From Deltaproteobacteria bacterium (GTDB lineage Bacteria; Desulfobacterota; Desulfuromonadia; Desulfuromonadales; Geopsychrobacteraceae): 40,414 nt of DNA. The stretch spans positions 1-40,414 of the forward strand of contig JAACTI010000249.1 in assembly GCA_009993495.1 (NCBI GenBank). The letters run 5' to 3'. Within the stretch, counting starts at the first letter, position 1; each line of letters opens with the position of its first letter. Below are positions 17,642 through 27,334 of this stretch, one piece after another. The translations under genes and the position numbers were made by a program. Below the pieces are notes generated by a model. The model did no database searches, had not been told where the DNA came from, and saw only the letters and a program-made list of their open reading frames with translations.

Positions 17642-20600
17642 GGGGTTTCTCCCGGATGTTTTTCATCGTTGTACTTCAGCGTCATCGGTTTTTTGTTTTT
17701 GCCCAGAGCTTTGGAGATAAGGACATAAAAGAGGGGCGCAAACAGGGTCACCAGAAAGGTTGCCGTGATTGTGCCGCCCAGTACGCCAGTGCCGATAGCG
17801 CGTTGCGCCCCCGACCCGGCTCCGCTGGCCAGGACCAGGGGTAAAATGCCGAAACCAAAGGCCAGCGAGGTCATAATGATCGGGCGCAACCTCAGTCGAG
17901 CTGCTTCGAGCGTTGCCTCAATCAGGCCCACGCCTTCATCGACGCGCGCCCTGGCAAACTGGACAATGAGGATAGCATTCTTAGTGGTCAAACCCAAGGT
18001 GGTGAGCAGGCCAATTTGGAAATAAACATCGTTGGGCATTCCCGAAAAACTCGCGGCTAGAGCTCCGCCGACAACCCCAAGGGGCAGACAGATCATAATG
18101 GCGATGGGAATCGGCCAGCTTTCATAAAGGGCTGCCAGGCAGAGGAAAATAACAAACACCGAAAAGGCATAGAGCAGGGGGGCCTGTGACCCCGCCATGC
18201 GTTCCTGATACGAAAGCCCGGTCCAGTCAAAACCTATCCCCTGGGGCAGCTTGGCAATCAGCTCTTCCATGGCCTGCATGGCATCGCCGGAACTATATCC
18301 CGGTGCGGGTTCGCCCCAAAAGTTAATGGAGGGAAAGGCGTTAAAGCGTTCGAGTTTTGGCGATCCGGTTGTCCAACGCCCGGTGGCAAAGGAAGAGAAG
18401 GGCACCATTTTCCCCTGGTTGTTGCGCACATAAAGTTTGTTAATATCTTGCGGCAGCATGCGATAAGGCGCATCGGCCTGCACGTAAACCCGTTTAACCC
18501 GCCCCGCCTGGATAAAATCATTGACATAAGCACCGCCAAAAGCGGCACCTATGGTGTTGTGAATAGAGGTAATGGGGATTCCCAGGGCGCCGGCCTTGTT
18601 CCAGTCGACGTCAACCCGGTATTCGGGGACATCCTGCATGCCATTGGGGCGCACCTTAACCAGGCGAGGATCCTGCGCCGCCATCCCCAGCAGCTGATTG
18701 CGTGCTGCCATCAATTGGGCGTGTCCCAGACCACCGCGGTCTTGCAGTTGCAAATCGAAACCCGAGGCTTGTCCCAGCTCGATAACCGCCGGTGGCGGAA
18801 AAGCGAAGACCAGCCCTTCTTTCATCTGAGAAAAGGCGCGCATGGCTCGTTCGGCAACGGCCCCGACCTTCAAGTCCGGGCGCTGGCGCTGATCCCAGTC
18901 TTTAAGTCTAACGAAGCCCAGAGCCATATTTTGTCCCTGCCCCGAGAAGCTGAAACCTGCCACCGACAGCATAGAATCAACGGCTTCTTTTTCGTTTTGT
19001 TCAAAGTGCTGCCGAACTTTGGTCAGCACGGCCTCGGTCTGCTCAAGGGTTGATCCCGAAGGGAGCATGGCTTGAACGAAGAGGATGCCTTGATCTTCAT
19101 TGGGCAGATAAGATGTCGGCATGCGCTGTAACAGGTAGACCATGGCGACCATAATTAAAGCGAAAAGCACCAGATAACGGAATTTTTTGACCAGAACCCG
19201 GCCAACCAGACGCACATACTGATCACGTGCCTTGAAAAAAATGCGATCAAACCAGCGAAAAAAGGGACGTAAAAACCAGACAGCACCATCGGAAGGCTCG
19301 TGGCCTTTGGCCACTGGGCGCAGAAAACCGGCGCAAAGCACGGGGGTCAAAATCAGGGCCACCACCACCGACAGCAGCATGGAAGAAATCACCGTCACTG
19401 AAAACTGCCGGTAGATAACCCCGGTGGAGCCCGGGAAAAATGCCATGGGCGCAAAGACCGCCGACAAAACCAGTCCGATACCAATGAGGGCGCTGGTGAT
19501 TTCCGTCATAGATTTCGCCGTGGCTTCCCGGGGCGAAAGTCCTTCTTCCGACATAATACGTTCGACGTTTTCCACCACGACAATCGCATCGTCGACCAAC
19601 AGACCGATGGCGAGCACCATGGCAAACATGGTTAACATATTGATGGAAAAACCAAATAACCCCAGAATGCCGAAGGTGCCCAACAACACCACCGGTACCG
19701 CAATCATGGGAATAAGGGTGGCCCGGAATGTTCCCATAAACAGGTACATAATCACAAAAACCAGCAAGACGGCTTCAATCAGCGTTTTTACCACTTCGTC
19801 AATGGCAACCCGGGTAAAAGGGGTGGTGTCGTAGGGGTAGATGACTTTCATCCCCGCGGGGAAAAACTCGCTCATCTCCGCCAGCTTGGCCCTGACGGCG
19901 CTCGCAGTATCCAGAGCATTGGCCCCGGCAGACTGACGAATCGCCAAAGCCGAGGCGGGCTTGCCATTGAAGTTTGCCACCACATCATAACGTTCAGTCC
20001 CCAGTTCCGTGCGACCGATATCACCGATTCGAATCACCGCACCATCGGGCTTGATATGGATAGGGATAGCGGCAAATTCTGCCGGTGTCTGCAACAGATG
20101 CTGGACAATAATCGCCGCATTCATGCGTTGTCCGGGTTCGGCGGGAGCCCCACCAAACTGGCCGGCAGAAACTTCGACATTGTAGTTGCGCAAGGCCAGC
20201 ACAACGTCTTCGACCGTCAGCCCGTAGCTTACGAGCTTGTCGGGGTTCAACCAGATACGCATGGCGTATTGTGAGCCGAAGGTCGTAACCTCACCCACCC
20301 CCGGCACCCGTGACAGAATCTTTTCCAGGTTCGACTGGGCGTAATCCCGCAGATCGTTGCCGTCCATGCTGCCATCTTCCGAGACCAGGCCGACAATAAT
20401 CAGGAAATTCCGGGTCGATTTGCTCACCGAAACCCCCGAGCGCTGCACCACATCCGGCAGGCTGGCCATGGCCAGTTGCAGTTTGTTCTGCACTTTTGAC
20501 CAGGCGACATCGGGATCGGTTCCCGGTTTAAAAGTTAAATCAATCCGCGATACGCCCGACGAAGAGCTGGTGCCGGAAAGGTAGAGCATGTCATCCAAGC

Positions 20601-20814
20601 CGGTCATCTTCTGTTCAATAATCTGGGTGACGGTGTTTTCCACCGTTTCGCCCGAGGCGCCTGGAAAGAAGGCGTCGATGGCGATGGACGGTGGAGCAAT
20701 CGGCGGATACTGGGCAATTGGCAGATTGTAAATCGCCAGCCCGCCTGCGGTCATAATGATAATCGCAATAACCCAGGCAAAGACCGGGCGATCGAGAAAA
20801 AATTTCGATAACAT
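17638..20814 (-). CDS. acrB: RND efflux permease, HAE1 family
   Basis: 1058 aa; FF..RPVFAWV, GLLVDDAIVVVENVER proton-relay aspartates, KNAILIV, RLRPIIMTS. Confidence 0.93.
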   Translation of the reverse strand: MLSKFFLDRPVFAWVIAIIIMTAGGLAIYNLPIAQYPPIAPPSIAIDAFFPGASGETVENTVTQIIEQKMTGLDDMLYLSGTSSSSGVSRIDLTFKPGTDPDVAWSKVQNKLQLAMASLPDVVQRSGVSVSKSTRNFLIIVGLVSEDGSMDGNDLRDYAQSNLEKILSRVPGVGEVTTFGSQYAMRIWLNPDKLVSYGLTVEDVVLALRNYNVEVSAGQFGGAPAEPGQRMNAAIIVQHLLQTPAEFAAIPIHIKPDGAVIRIGDIGRTELGTERYDVVANFNGKPASALAIRQSAGANALDTASAVRAKLAEMSEFFPAGMKVIYPYDTTPFTRVAIDEVVKTLIEAVLLVFVIMYLFMGTFRATLIPMIAVPVVLLGTFGILGLFGFSINMLTMFAMVLAIGLLVDDAIVVVENVERIMSEEGLSPREATAKSMTEITSALIGIGLVLSAVFAPMAFFPGSTGVIYRQFSVTVISSMLLSVVVALILTPVLCAGFLRPVAKGHEPSDGAVWFLRPFFRWFDRIFFKARDQYVRLVGRVLVKKFRYLVLFALIMVAMVYLLQRMPTSYLPNEDQGILFVQAMLPSGSTLEQTEAVLTKVRQHFEQNEKEAVDSMLSVAGFSFSGQGQNMALGFVRLKDWDQRQRPDLKVGAVAERAMRAFSQMKEGLVFAFPPPAVIELGQASGFDLQLQDRGGLGHAQLMAARNQLLGMAAQDPRLVKVRPNGMQDVPEYRVDVDWNKAGALGIPITSIHNTIGAAFGGAYVNDFIQAGRVKRVYVQADAPYRMLPQDINKLYVRNNQGKMVPFSSFATGRWTTGSPKLERFNAFPSINFWGEPAPGYSSGDAMQAMEELIAKLPQGIGFDWTGLSYQERMAGSQAPLLYAFSVFVIFLCLAALYESWPIPIAIMICLPLGVVGGALAASFSGMPNDVYFQIGLLTTLGLTTKNAILIVQFARARVDEGVGLIEATLEAARLRLRPIIMTSLAFGFGILPLVLASGAGSGAQRAIGTGVLGGTITATFLVTLFAPLFYVLISKALGKNKKPMTLKYNDEKHPGETP

Positions 20815-20826
20815 CCCTGGTCTCCG

Positions 20827-22023
20827 TTAGTTGGCAGTTGCGGATGCTTGGGCCGCGTCGGTCGATTTTTGTTCAGGCACAAAGGGGCTGGCTTGCACTT
20901 TGGTTCCGGGGCGCAGCATGGTCAGCCCTTCAACAATCACCCGATCACCAGCGGCCAGGCCCTCGGCTACCAGCCAGCGATGACCTATGGCGCGATCCAG
21001 GATCAAAGGACGATAAACTGCCGTGTTTTCCGCGTCGAGCACCAGGGCATAAGGTTTGCCTTTCGGATCCCGGGCGACCCCCTGCTGCGGTACCAGTAGC
21101 GCCTGTTCATTCACCCCTTCCTGAATGCGGGCCTGAACATACATGCCCGGCAGCAATGCGGCATCGGGATTAGGAAAGAGGGCGCGCAGGGTCACCGAGC
21201 CGGTGGTTGGATCAACACTGATGTCGCTGAATTGCAGCACCCCTTCGTGGGGATCGGCGGTACCATCTTCTTGAATAAGGGTGACTTTATTATGATTTTC
21301 GCTTTTGACCAGGCGGCCATCTTCCAGGCGGCGCTTGAGACTCAGCAGATCGCTGGTCGATTGGGCAACATCAACATAGAGAGGATCCAACTGCTGAATC
21401 CTGGCCAGGGGCAAGGGTTGATAGGCGCTGACAATTGCGCCAACGGTGACCATTGAGCGGCCAATTCGTCCTGAAATGGGAGCCTGCACCTTGGTATATT
21501 CCAGATTGATGCGGGCCGATTCCAGGCTGGCCTGCCAGAACTGAATATCGGCTTCGGCCTGCACCAGGGCCGCAGCGGCATCGTCGTAATTCTGCCGGCT
21601 GACCGCCTTGACCGCTACCAGCTCTTTGGCCCGCGCGGCCCGGGCCTTAAGGGACGGCAAACTGGCCCGCGCCCGCGCCAGAGCGGCTTCGGCACTGTTC
21701 AGGGCCGCGGCAAAGGGTTCCGGATTTATCTGGTAAAGAACCTGACCCGCTTTAACCTCAGACCCTTCAGTAAACAGGCGCTTCTGAATGAGGCCGCTGA
21801 CCTGGGGCCGAATTTCGGCAAGCTTAAAGGCAGCCGTGCGACCGGGAAGTGTCGTTGCAAGTGAAATTTTTTCCGGCTCCAGGGTGACATAGCTAACCTG
21901 CGGTAGCGGTCGCTGCGCGGGCGCCTGTTGCTGCTGCTGGTTGCAGCCGTAAAGAAACAGACCGCCCAGCAGCAGGGTCAAGATAGACAAAACGTTTGTC
22001 AATAAATGTTTTTGTGGTCGCAT
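20827..22023 (-). CDS. acrA: RND periplasmic adaptor lipoprotein
   Basis: Lipobox LYGC, AEIRPQVSG, APISGRIG, VDPTTGSVTLRA.FPNP; start set to ATG 22023 (track start 22071 is the alternative). Confidence 0.9.
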   Translation of the reverse strand: MRPQKHLLTNVLSILTLLLGGLFLYGCNQQQQQAPAQRPLPQVSYVTLEPEKISLATTLPGRTAAFKLAEIRPQVSGLIQKRLFTEGSEVKAGQVLYQINPEPFAAALNSAEAALARARASLPSLKARAARAKELVAVKAVSRQNYDDAAAALVQAEADIQFWQASLESARINLEYTKVQAPISGRIGRSMVTVGAIVSAYQPLPLARIQQLDPLYVDVAQSTSDLLSLKRRLEDGRLVKSENHNKVTLIQEDGTADPHEGVLQFSDISVDPTTGSVTLRALFPNPDAALLPGMYVQARIQEGVNEQALLVPQQGVARDPKGKPYALVLDAENTAVYRPLILDRAIGHRWLVAEGLAAGDRVIVEGLTMLRPGTKVQASPFVPEQKSTDAAQASATAN

Positions 22024-22129
22024 CGACAAGATCTCCAGGATTGGTAACGGGGTCGACCCTTGACTTTTCATGGCATTGATTCTACGGAAGAGGCAGGGCG
22101 GGGGAGAAGGTTCCGCCGGTCAGTAGAGC

Positions 22130-22714
22130 TCATGTTTCGAGAGCCCTCCAACTGGCGGCGGCGGTCTGCTCAATCAGCGCATCATCGAGCTCGACATAGC
22201 CTGACAGCGCATCGCGCAACAAAAAAATCACCGGTCCGAAAGTCATGGCCAAATACAGCGGAAGCGGCAGCTTTTGCTGATTTTTTTGACTGATGCTGGC
22301 AAAAAGGTTGGCAAAAGGGTTGGGTGGTTCCTTGACCTCAGCGTGCAGAAACTTGGCGTGCTTTTCTTCGCTGCCGTAGGGTGAGCTGTAATATTGTTCA
22401 AGAAATTTAAATTCATGGGGGCGTTCTTTTAAATAATGGATGAGATTAACCACCAATTGAATATGCTGCTGCTGATCCGATAGCGTGGAATCGAAATTGT
22501 GCGTGATGGTCTGCTGAAGCTCCTCATCAACCTGCTTGAAAACAGCGTGAATCAGCTCGTCTTTATCTTTGAAATAACGATAAATACTCCCGACGCCCAC
22601 GCCGGCGCGACTTGCCAGCTGGGAGATCGGCGAGCTATGAAAACCGTTTTCGGCAAACTGCTCCAGCGCTGTCTGCAAGATAATTTCTGCTTTTTGGGGT
22701 GGAACTTGCTTCAT
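22130..22714 (-). CDS. TetR/AcrR family transcriptional regulator
   Basis: F.E.GF......LA..AGV.VGSIYRYFKDKDEL helix-turn-helix; start set to ATG 22714, downstream of a consensus promoter. Confidence 0.9.
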   Translation of the reverse strand: MKQVPPQKAEIILQTALEQFAENGFHSSPISQLASRAGVGVGSIYRYFKDKDELIHAVFKQVDEELQQTITHNFDSTLSDQQQHIQLVVNLIHYLKERPHEFKFLEQYYSSPYGSEEKHAKFLHAEVKEPPNPFANLFASISQKNQQKLPLPLYLAMTFGPVIFLLRDALSGYVELDDALIEQTAAASWRALET

Positions 22715-22726
22715 GGAATCTCTTTC

Positions 22727-22774
22727 CGGAATGAACGTTCCGTCAGTTATACGGACGTGAAGGCGTTCTGTCAA
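22727..22774 (-). promoter_or_regulatory. Sigma70 promoter of the tetR-acrAB-oprM operon with a probable TetR operator
   Basis: Minus strand TTGACA (22774-22769), 17 bp, TATAAC (22751-22746); inverted repeat CGGAA-N6-TTCCG (22727-22742) over the expected start site. Confidence 0.8.
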
Positions 22775-22802
22775 GGAGCGCGGGAAAAAACTGGTCTAGC
22801 GG

Positions 22803-22850
22803 CTCCCATTATGCAATAGTGCATTTCAATGCATTATCGCATAATGGGAG
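22803..22850. promoter_or_regulatory. 48-bp inverted repeat with two ATGC-N6-GCAT boxes overlapping the activator RBS
   Basis: CTCCCATTATGCAATAGTGCATT-TC-AATGCATTATCGCATAATGGGAG: 23-bp arms, 2 mismatches. Confidence 0.75.
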
Positions 22851-22856
22851 GAATTT

Positions 22857-24257
22857 ATGAGCTTAAGCAACAGTCGCCAGGAAATTGAGGCTTTAAATCG
22901 TGAGCTGAATGCGATTATCAACTCGTCGTCAGATGGTTTATTCGTCTGTCGGGCCGATGGCACAGTGATTCGCGTTAACCCTGCCTCGGAACGCCTGCAC
23001 GATATTTGCGCCGCCGATGTTTTGGGGCAAAATATTTTTACTCTGGTCGATGAAGGCTTTGTCGATCGGAGCGCGGCACTGGAAGCCATCCGCAACCGTC
23101 GCCAAATGAGCGTGCTGCAAAATCATCGCGGGCGCAAACTCATGTCAACGGGCACGCCGGTGTTCGATGAGCAGGGCGAACTGGAGTTGGTGGTCGTCAC
23201 GGTGCGCGATGTGACCGAACTGGATCAGCTGCAACGTAATCTGGAGGAAGAGGCTACCCGCAGCAGCCAATTTCGCGAACAGATGCTTGCCATGCAGCAA
23301 TTGAAGCTTGAAGAGCGCCAAATTATCGCGCGCAGCCCGGCCATGGTGCAGGTTTTACAACAAGCGGTGCGGGTTGGCGGCTCCGACTCAACCGTGTTGA
23401 TTCTGGGGGAATCGGGCGTTGGCAAGGGGGTTATTGCCGACCTGATTCATAGTCATTCTAAACGTGCCGGCGGGCCGATGATTCGCATCAACTGCGGAGC
23501 CATTCCGGAAACCCTGATCGAGTCGGAACTCTTTGGTTACGAAAAAGGGGCCTTTACGGGCGCCCAGAGCGCCAAGCCGGGCTATTTTGAGCTGGCCGAT
23601 GGCGGCACCCTGTTTCTGGACGAAGTCGCCGAGCTGCCCATGGTGTCACAGGTGAAATTGCTGCGTTTTCTCGAAGATGGCCGCATCTGTCGCCTGGGCT
23701 GCACCACCAATATCAAGGTCAACGTCCGGGTGTTGGCCGCAACCCACCGCAACCTCGAACAGATGGTGACGGACGAACACTTTCGCCTTGATCTGTTTTA
23801 CCGCTTGCATGTGATCCCCTTGGTGGTTCCGCCCCTGCGTGAGCGCCGTGATTGTTTGCTGCCCCTGCTGCGCCATTATATTCACCTGTTTGCCCAGAAA
23901 ATTCAGGTCGAACGTCGCCTCGGCAACACCGCCCTCGATGCCCTGCTGGCCTACGATTACCCCGGCAACGTCCGCGAATTGATGAATCTGTGTGAGCGTC
24001 TGGTGGTGATGACTGAGACCGAGGTGATTGGCAAATCTGACTTGCCTGCCGCCTTGCGCCGGCAAGGGGGGAAAATGCCTGACGCCCCAGCCGACTGGCA
24101 GCCCGGCCAGAAGCTGAATGACGTATTAAACCAGACCGAACGCCAGCTTTTGACAAAATTGCGCGAACGTTTTACCAGCCAAGCACAAATTGCTGCCCAT
24201 CTGGGGGTGAACCAATCAACCGTAGCGCGCAAGCTGAAAAAATATGCCCTGAATTAA
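22857..24257 (+). CDS. Sigma54-dependent transcriptional activator (PAS + AAA+ + HTH)
   Basis: N-terminal PAS, GESGVGK, intact ESELFGYEKGAFTGA, LFLDEV, PGNVREL.N, C-terminal LGVNQSTVARKL. Confidence 0.92.
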   Translation: MSLSNSRQEIEALNRELNAIINSSSDGLFVCRADGTVIRVNPASERLHDICAADVLGQNIFTLVDEGFVDRSAALEAIRNRRQMSVLQNHRGRKLMSTGTPVFDEQGELELVVVTVRDVTELDQLQRNLEEEATRSSQFREQMLAMQQLKLEERQIIARSPAMVQVLQQAVRVGGSDSTVLILGESGVGKGVIADLIHSHSKRAGGPMIRINCGAIPETLIESELFGYEKGAFTGAQSAKPGYFELADGGTLFLDEVAELPMVSQVKLLRFLEDGRICRLGCTTNIKVNVRVLAATHRNLEQMVTDEHFRLDLFYRLHVIPLVVPPLRERRDCLLPLLRHYIHLFAQKIQVERRLGNTALDALLAYDYPGNVRELMNLCERLVVMTETEVIGKSDLPAALRRQGGKMPDAPADWQPGQKLNDVLNQTERQLLTKLRERFTSQAQIAAHLGVNQSTVARKLKKYALN

Positions 24258-24281
24258 ACCTTGGACGTGTGTTAGGGTCGT

Positions 24282-24307
24282 TTCTTTATGCGTTTATGCA
24301 TAAAGAA
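24282..24307. promoter_or_regulatory. Probable upstream activator sequence for the sigma54 promoter
   Basis: TTCTTTATGC-GTTTAT-GCATAAAGAA, perfect 10-bp arms with the same ATGC-N6-GCAT core; about 160 bp upstream of the -24 element. An IHF-like site lies between them (24389-24401, minus strand TTTCAGCGACTTA). Confidence 0.7.
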
Positions 24308-24463
24308 GTGCCCAGGAGCCCAGGAGGCATCCTCCCACACCAAAGACCTGCTCTGCCGGCGGCAAGAAAAAAATTTGTCCCTGGTTGTTAAGTCGCTGAA
24401 ATCTGGTAGACTTTTCACTCACTGCGGGCCGATCCCAGGGACAGAGGCTCAACCGAACGAAGT

Positions 24464-24480
24464 TTGGCTTATTCTTTGCT
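24464..24480 (+). promoter_or_regulatory. Sigma54 -24/-12 promoter
   Basis: TTGGCTTATTCTTTGCT: GG-N10-GC spacing, upstream of pruA and downstream of a sigma54 activator gene. Confidence 0.78.
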
Positions 24481-24571
24481 CTCATTTCAACACTCCAGAT
24501 TCATCAAAGAGCAACGAGATCGACGGCCAACCCTGGTCAAGAACCGTAAAAACAGCCGAAGAGGAGCATTA

Positions 24572-26224
24572 ATGAATCTTCTAAATAACGCAGTCTTCAC
24601 CGTCCCTGTTCCAACTAACGAACCCAATCTTTCTTACGCGCCGGGCACCGTCGAGCGCACCAGGCTTAAGGAAGCCCTGGCGGAAATGTCGGCGCAGAAG
24701 ATCGAAATACCCTTGCTGATCGGTGGACAGGAAGTTCGCACCGGCAAGCTCGGGCAGGTGGTCATGCCCCACGACCACAAGCATGTTCTCGCCACATATC
24801 ACATGGCGGGCGAGGCCGAAATAAACCAGGCCATTGAAGCCGCCATGGCAGCCAAAACCGCCTGGGGTGCCTTGCGCTGGGAAGAACGCGCAGCAATTTT
24901 CCTCAAAGCCGCCGAGCTGCTCTCTGGCAAGTATCGGTTTAAAATGAATGCCGCCAGCATGCTGTCAACCAGCAAAAGTGCGTGGCAGGCCGAAATAGAT
25001 GCGACCTGCGAACTCATTGATTTTCTGCGCTTCAATGTCTGGTATGCCGAGCAAATTTATCGCGAGCAACCACCCATTTCGTCCAAGGGCGTCTGGAACG
25101 CCCTCCAACAGCGCCCCCTCGAAGGCTTTGTGCTGGCGGTGGCTCCCTTTAACTTCACTGCCATTGCGGGCAACTTGCCAACCGCGCCGGCGATTATGGG
25201 GAACACCATTCTCCTTAAACCCGCTTCAAGCTGCGTTTACACCCCCTATTTGCTCATGCAGATTCTGAAAGAAGCGGGCCTGCCCGACGGGGTTATTAAT
25301 TTCGTGCCCGGTTCCGGCGCACAAATCGGCGGACTTTGCCTGCCCCACCGCGATCTGGGAGGTGTGCATTTCACCGGCTCAACCAAAGTTTTTCAAAATA
25401 TGTGGCAGACCATCGGCAACAACATCCCCAATTACAAATCTTACCCGCGCATCGTCGGTGAAACCGGCGGTAAAGATTTCATTGTCGCCCACAAATCGGC
25501 CAACCTGCGGCAGCTGTCGACGGCGATCGTGCGCGGTGCCTTTGAATACCAGGGGCAGAAATGCTCGGCAGCTTCACGTGCTTATATTCCCCAATCTCTG
25601 TGGCCGGCGCTGCGCAAAGAGCTGGAACAGGATATCGCGCGCATCAAAATGGGCCCGCCCAGCGATTTTGGCAATTTTTTCAATGCGGTCATCGACCAGG
25701 CCGCTTTCGACAATGTGCGTAAATTTATCGATTATGCCAACGCCGCCAGCGACGCCCAAGTCATTATTGGCGGTGGTTGTGACGACAGTGTCGGCTACTT
25801 TATTGAACCTACGGTCATCCTGACCGACAACCCCCACTTCCGCACCCTGGAAGAGGAAATTTTCGGGCCGGTCATGACAATTTATGTTTATGCCGACGAA
25901 AAGGAGGCAGATTTCGCCGCCCTTCTCGACCTCTGCGATCAAACCTCGCCCTACGCGTTAACCGGGGCGGTCTTTGCGCGCGAGCGCAGCGCCATCAGCC
26001 TGGCACTGACAAAACTCGAAAATGCCGCCGGCAACTTCTATATCAACGATAAACCGACGGGCGCAGTGGTTGGTCAGCAGCCCTTCGGTGGTGCCCGCGC
26101 TTCGGGCACCAACGACAAGGCCGGGGCCCGCATCAACCTGCTGCGTTGGGTTTCGCCGCGCACCATCAAAGAAACCTTTGAGGCCGCGGAAGATTTTGTT
26201 TATCCGTTTATGGCCGAAGAATAA
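24572..26224 (+). CDS. pruA: Delta-1-pyrroline-5-carboxylate (glutamate semialdehyde) dehydrogenase
   Basis: PFNFTAI, FTGST, ETGGKDF, FEYQGQKCSA catalytic Cys, EEIFGP, QQPFGG.R.SGTNDKAG; ATG 24572 after GAGGAG. Confidence 0.93.
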   Translation: MNLLNNAVFTVPVPTNEPNLSYAPGTVERTRLKEALAEMSAQKIEIPLLIGGQEVRTGKLGQVVMPHDHKHVLATYHMAGEAEINQAIEAAMAAKTAWGALRWEERAAIFLKAAELLSGKYRFKMNAASMLSTSKSAWQAEIDATCELIDFLRFNVWYAEQIYREQPPISSKGVWNALQQRPLEGFVLAVAPFNFTAIAGNLPTAPAIMGNTILLKPASSCVYTPYLLMQILKEAGLPDGVINFVPGSGAQIGGLCLPHRDLGGVHFTGSTKVFQNMWQTIGNNIPNYKSYPRIVGETGGKDFIVAHKSANLRQLSTAIVRGAFEYQGQKCSAASRAYIPQSLWPALRKELEQDIARIKMGPPSDFGNFFNAVIDQAAFDNVRKFIDYANAASDAQVIIGGGCDDSVGYFIEPTVILTDNPHFRTLEEEIFGPVMTIYVYADEKEADFAALLDLCDQTSPYALTGAVFARERSAISLALTKLENAAGNFYINDKPTGAVVGQQPFGGARASGTNDKAGARINLLRWVSPRTIKETFEAAEDFVYPFMAEE

Positions 26225-26235
26225 CCCTTGTCGCT

Positions 26236-26278
26236 AACGCAAGGGGTGACTCCTCGGGAGAGTCACCTCTTGCGTTTT
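26236..26278 (+). terminator. Long intergenic hairpin (terminator or mRNA-stabilising stem)
   Basis: AACGCAAGGGGTGACTC-N7-GAGTCACCTCTTGCGTT followed by a short T run, between pruA and the proline dehydrogenase gene. Confidence 0.6.
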
Positions 26279-26306
26279 AACCAGCTGCGCCGCTGAGGGA
26301 GCTCCC

Positions 26307-27215
26307 ATGTCGATCTTTAATTTCCTGGTTTCTAAAACGATTATGCATATTCCGGGGCCGCTGGTGCATTTTTTCGCGCGGGGCTACATTGCGGGCGAAA
26401 CTCTGTCCGACGCCGTGCGTGTCACCCGCGAACTTAACCAGCGGAAGATGATGGCAACAATTGATATTCTCGGTGAATTCATTAAAACCAAAGACGAGGC
26501 AATTTTTTTCAAGCAGCAGTGCCTGGAGATTCTCGAAACCATCCACCGCGAAAAGATCGACGCCAACTTGTCTCTGAAGCCGACACAAATGGGACTGGAA
26601 CTTGATGAAGAATTTGCCACCGCCAATATTCGTGAAATCGTCGCCAAGGCGGCCGAACTCGGGAATTTTGTGCGTATCGATATGGAAGATATTGGCTGCA
26701 CCGACGCAACGATCAAACTTTATCGTCATCTGCGCGCCGAATTTCCCGCAAACGTCGGGCTGGTCGTGCAAGCCTATTTGCGCCGTACCGGCGCCGATAT
26801 TGAAAATTTAAGTGACGCCCCCATGCACTTCCGCCTGTGCAAGGGCATTTACAACGAGCCACGCACCGCCGCCTGGAAAGACCCGGTGACCATTAACCGT
26901 AGTTTTGTCAGCGCCCTGAAGCGCATGTTCCGCCACAAAGCCTATGTCGGCATTGCCACCCACGACGAAAAACTGGTGTTCGAAGCCATGGAGCTGATCG
27001 AACGCCAGGGCCTGAAATCCGACGAATATGAATTTCAAATGCTCCTCGGGGTGGATGAAGAACTGCGTCAGATCATTGTTGATGCGGGACATCGACTGCG
27101 GGTTTATGTGCCCTTTGGTGCATCCTGGATGCCCTACTCGCGGCGTCGCCTCAAAGAAAACCCCGCCATTGCCCAACACGCCCTGCGTCAAATGCTGGGA
27201 ATGAAACGTTTCTAA
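26307..27215 (+). CDS. putB: Monofunctional proline dehydrogenase
   Basis: YIAGE, SLKPTQ.GL, RIDMED, QAYL.R, RLCKGIY.E, ATHD, EFQML.G, RVYVPFG..W..Y..RRL.E. Confidence 0.9.
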   Translation: MSIFNFLVSKTIMHIPGPLVHFFARGYIAGETLSDAVRVTRELNQRKMMATIDILGEFIKTKDEAIFFKQQCLEILETIHREKIDANLSLKPTQMGLELDEEFATANIREIVAKAAELGNFVRIDMEDIGCTDATIKLYRHLRAEFPANVGLVVQAYLRRTGADIENLSDAPMHFRLCKGIYNEPRTAAWKDPVTINRSFVSALKRMFRHKAYVGIATHDEKLVFEAMELIERQGLKSDEYEFQMLLGVDEELRQIIVDAGHRLRVYVPFGASWMPYSRRRLKENPAIAQHALRQMLGMKRF

Positions 27216-27334
27216 ATTTTATGGTATGATCTGCGTCACTGGGTCTCGCCGGTAACGGCCGACGAAACCAGGCCCTTTGCGGGCGAATCTTCATGGCAAA
27301 ACAGTGTTTTCAACAATCAACCAAGGAGAGAAGT

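Noticed and set aside
21920-21945. CAG-rich tract encoding QQQQQ after the AcrA lipobox, a possible phase-variation site
   Set aside because: Short in-frame trinucleotide run in a flexible linker; length changes would not shift the frame.
24464-24571. ORF-track N-terminal extension of pruA (similar extensions for the TPR gene, tetR, livG, ccdA, the rhodanese and 11328-12818)
   Set aside because: The extensions overlap promoters or upstream genes; downstream ATGs with better RBS or spacing were used.
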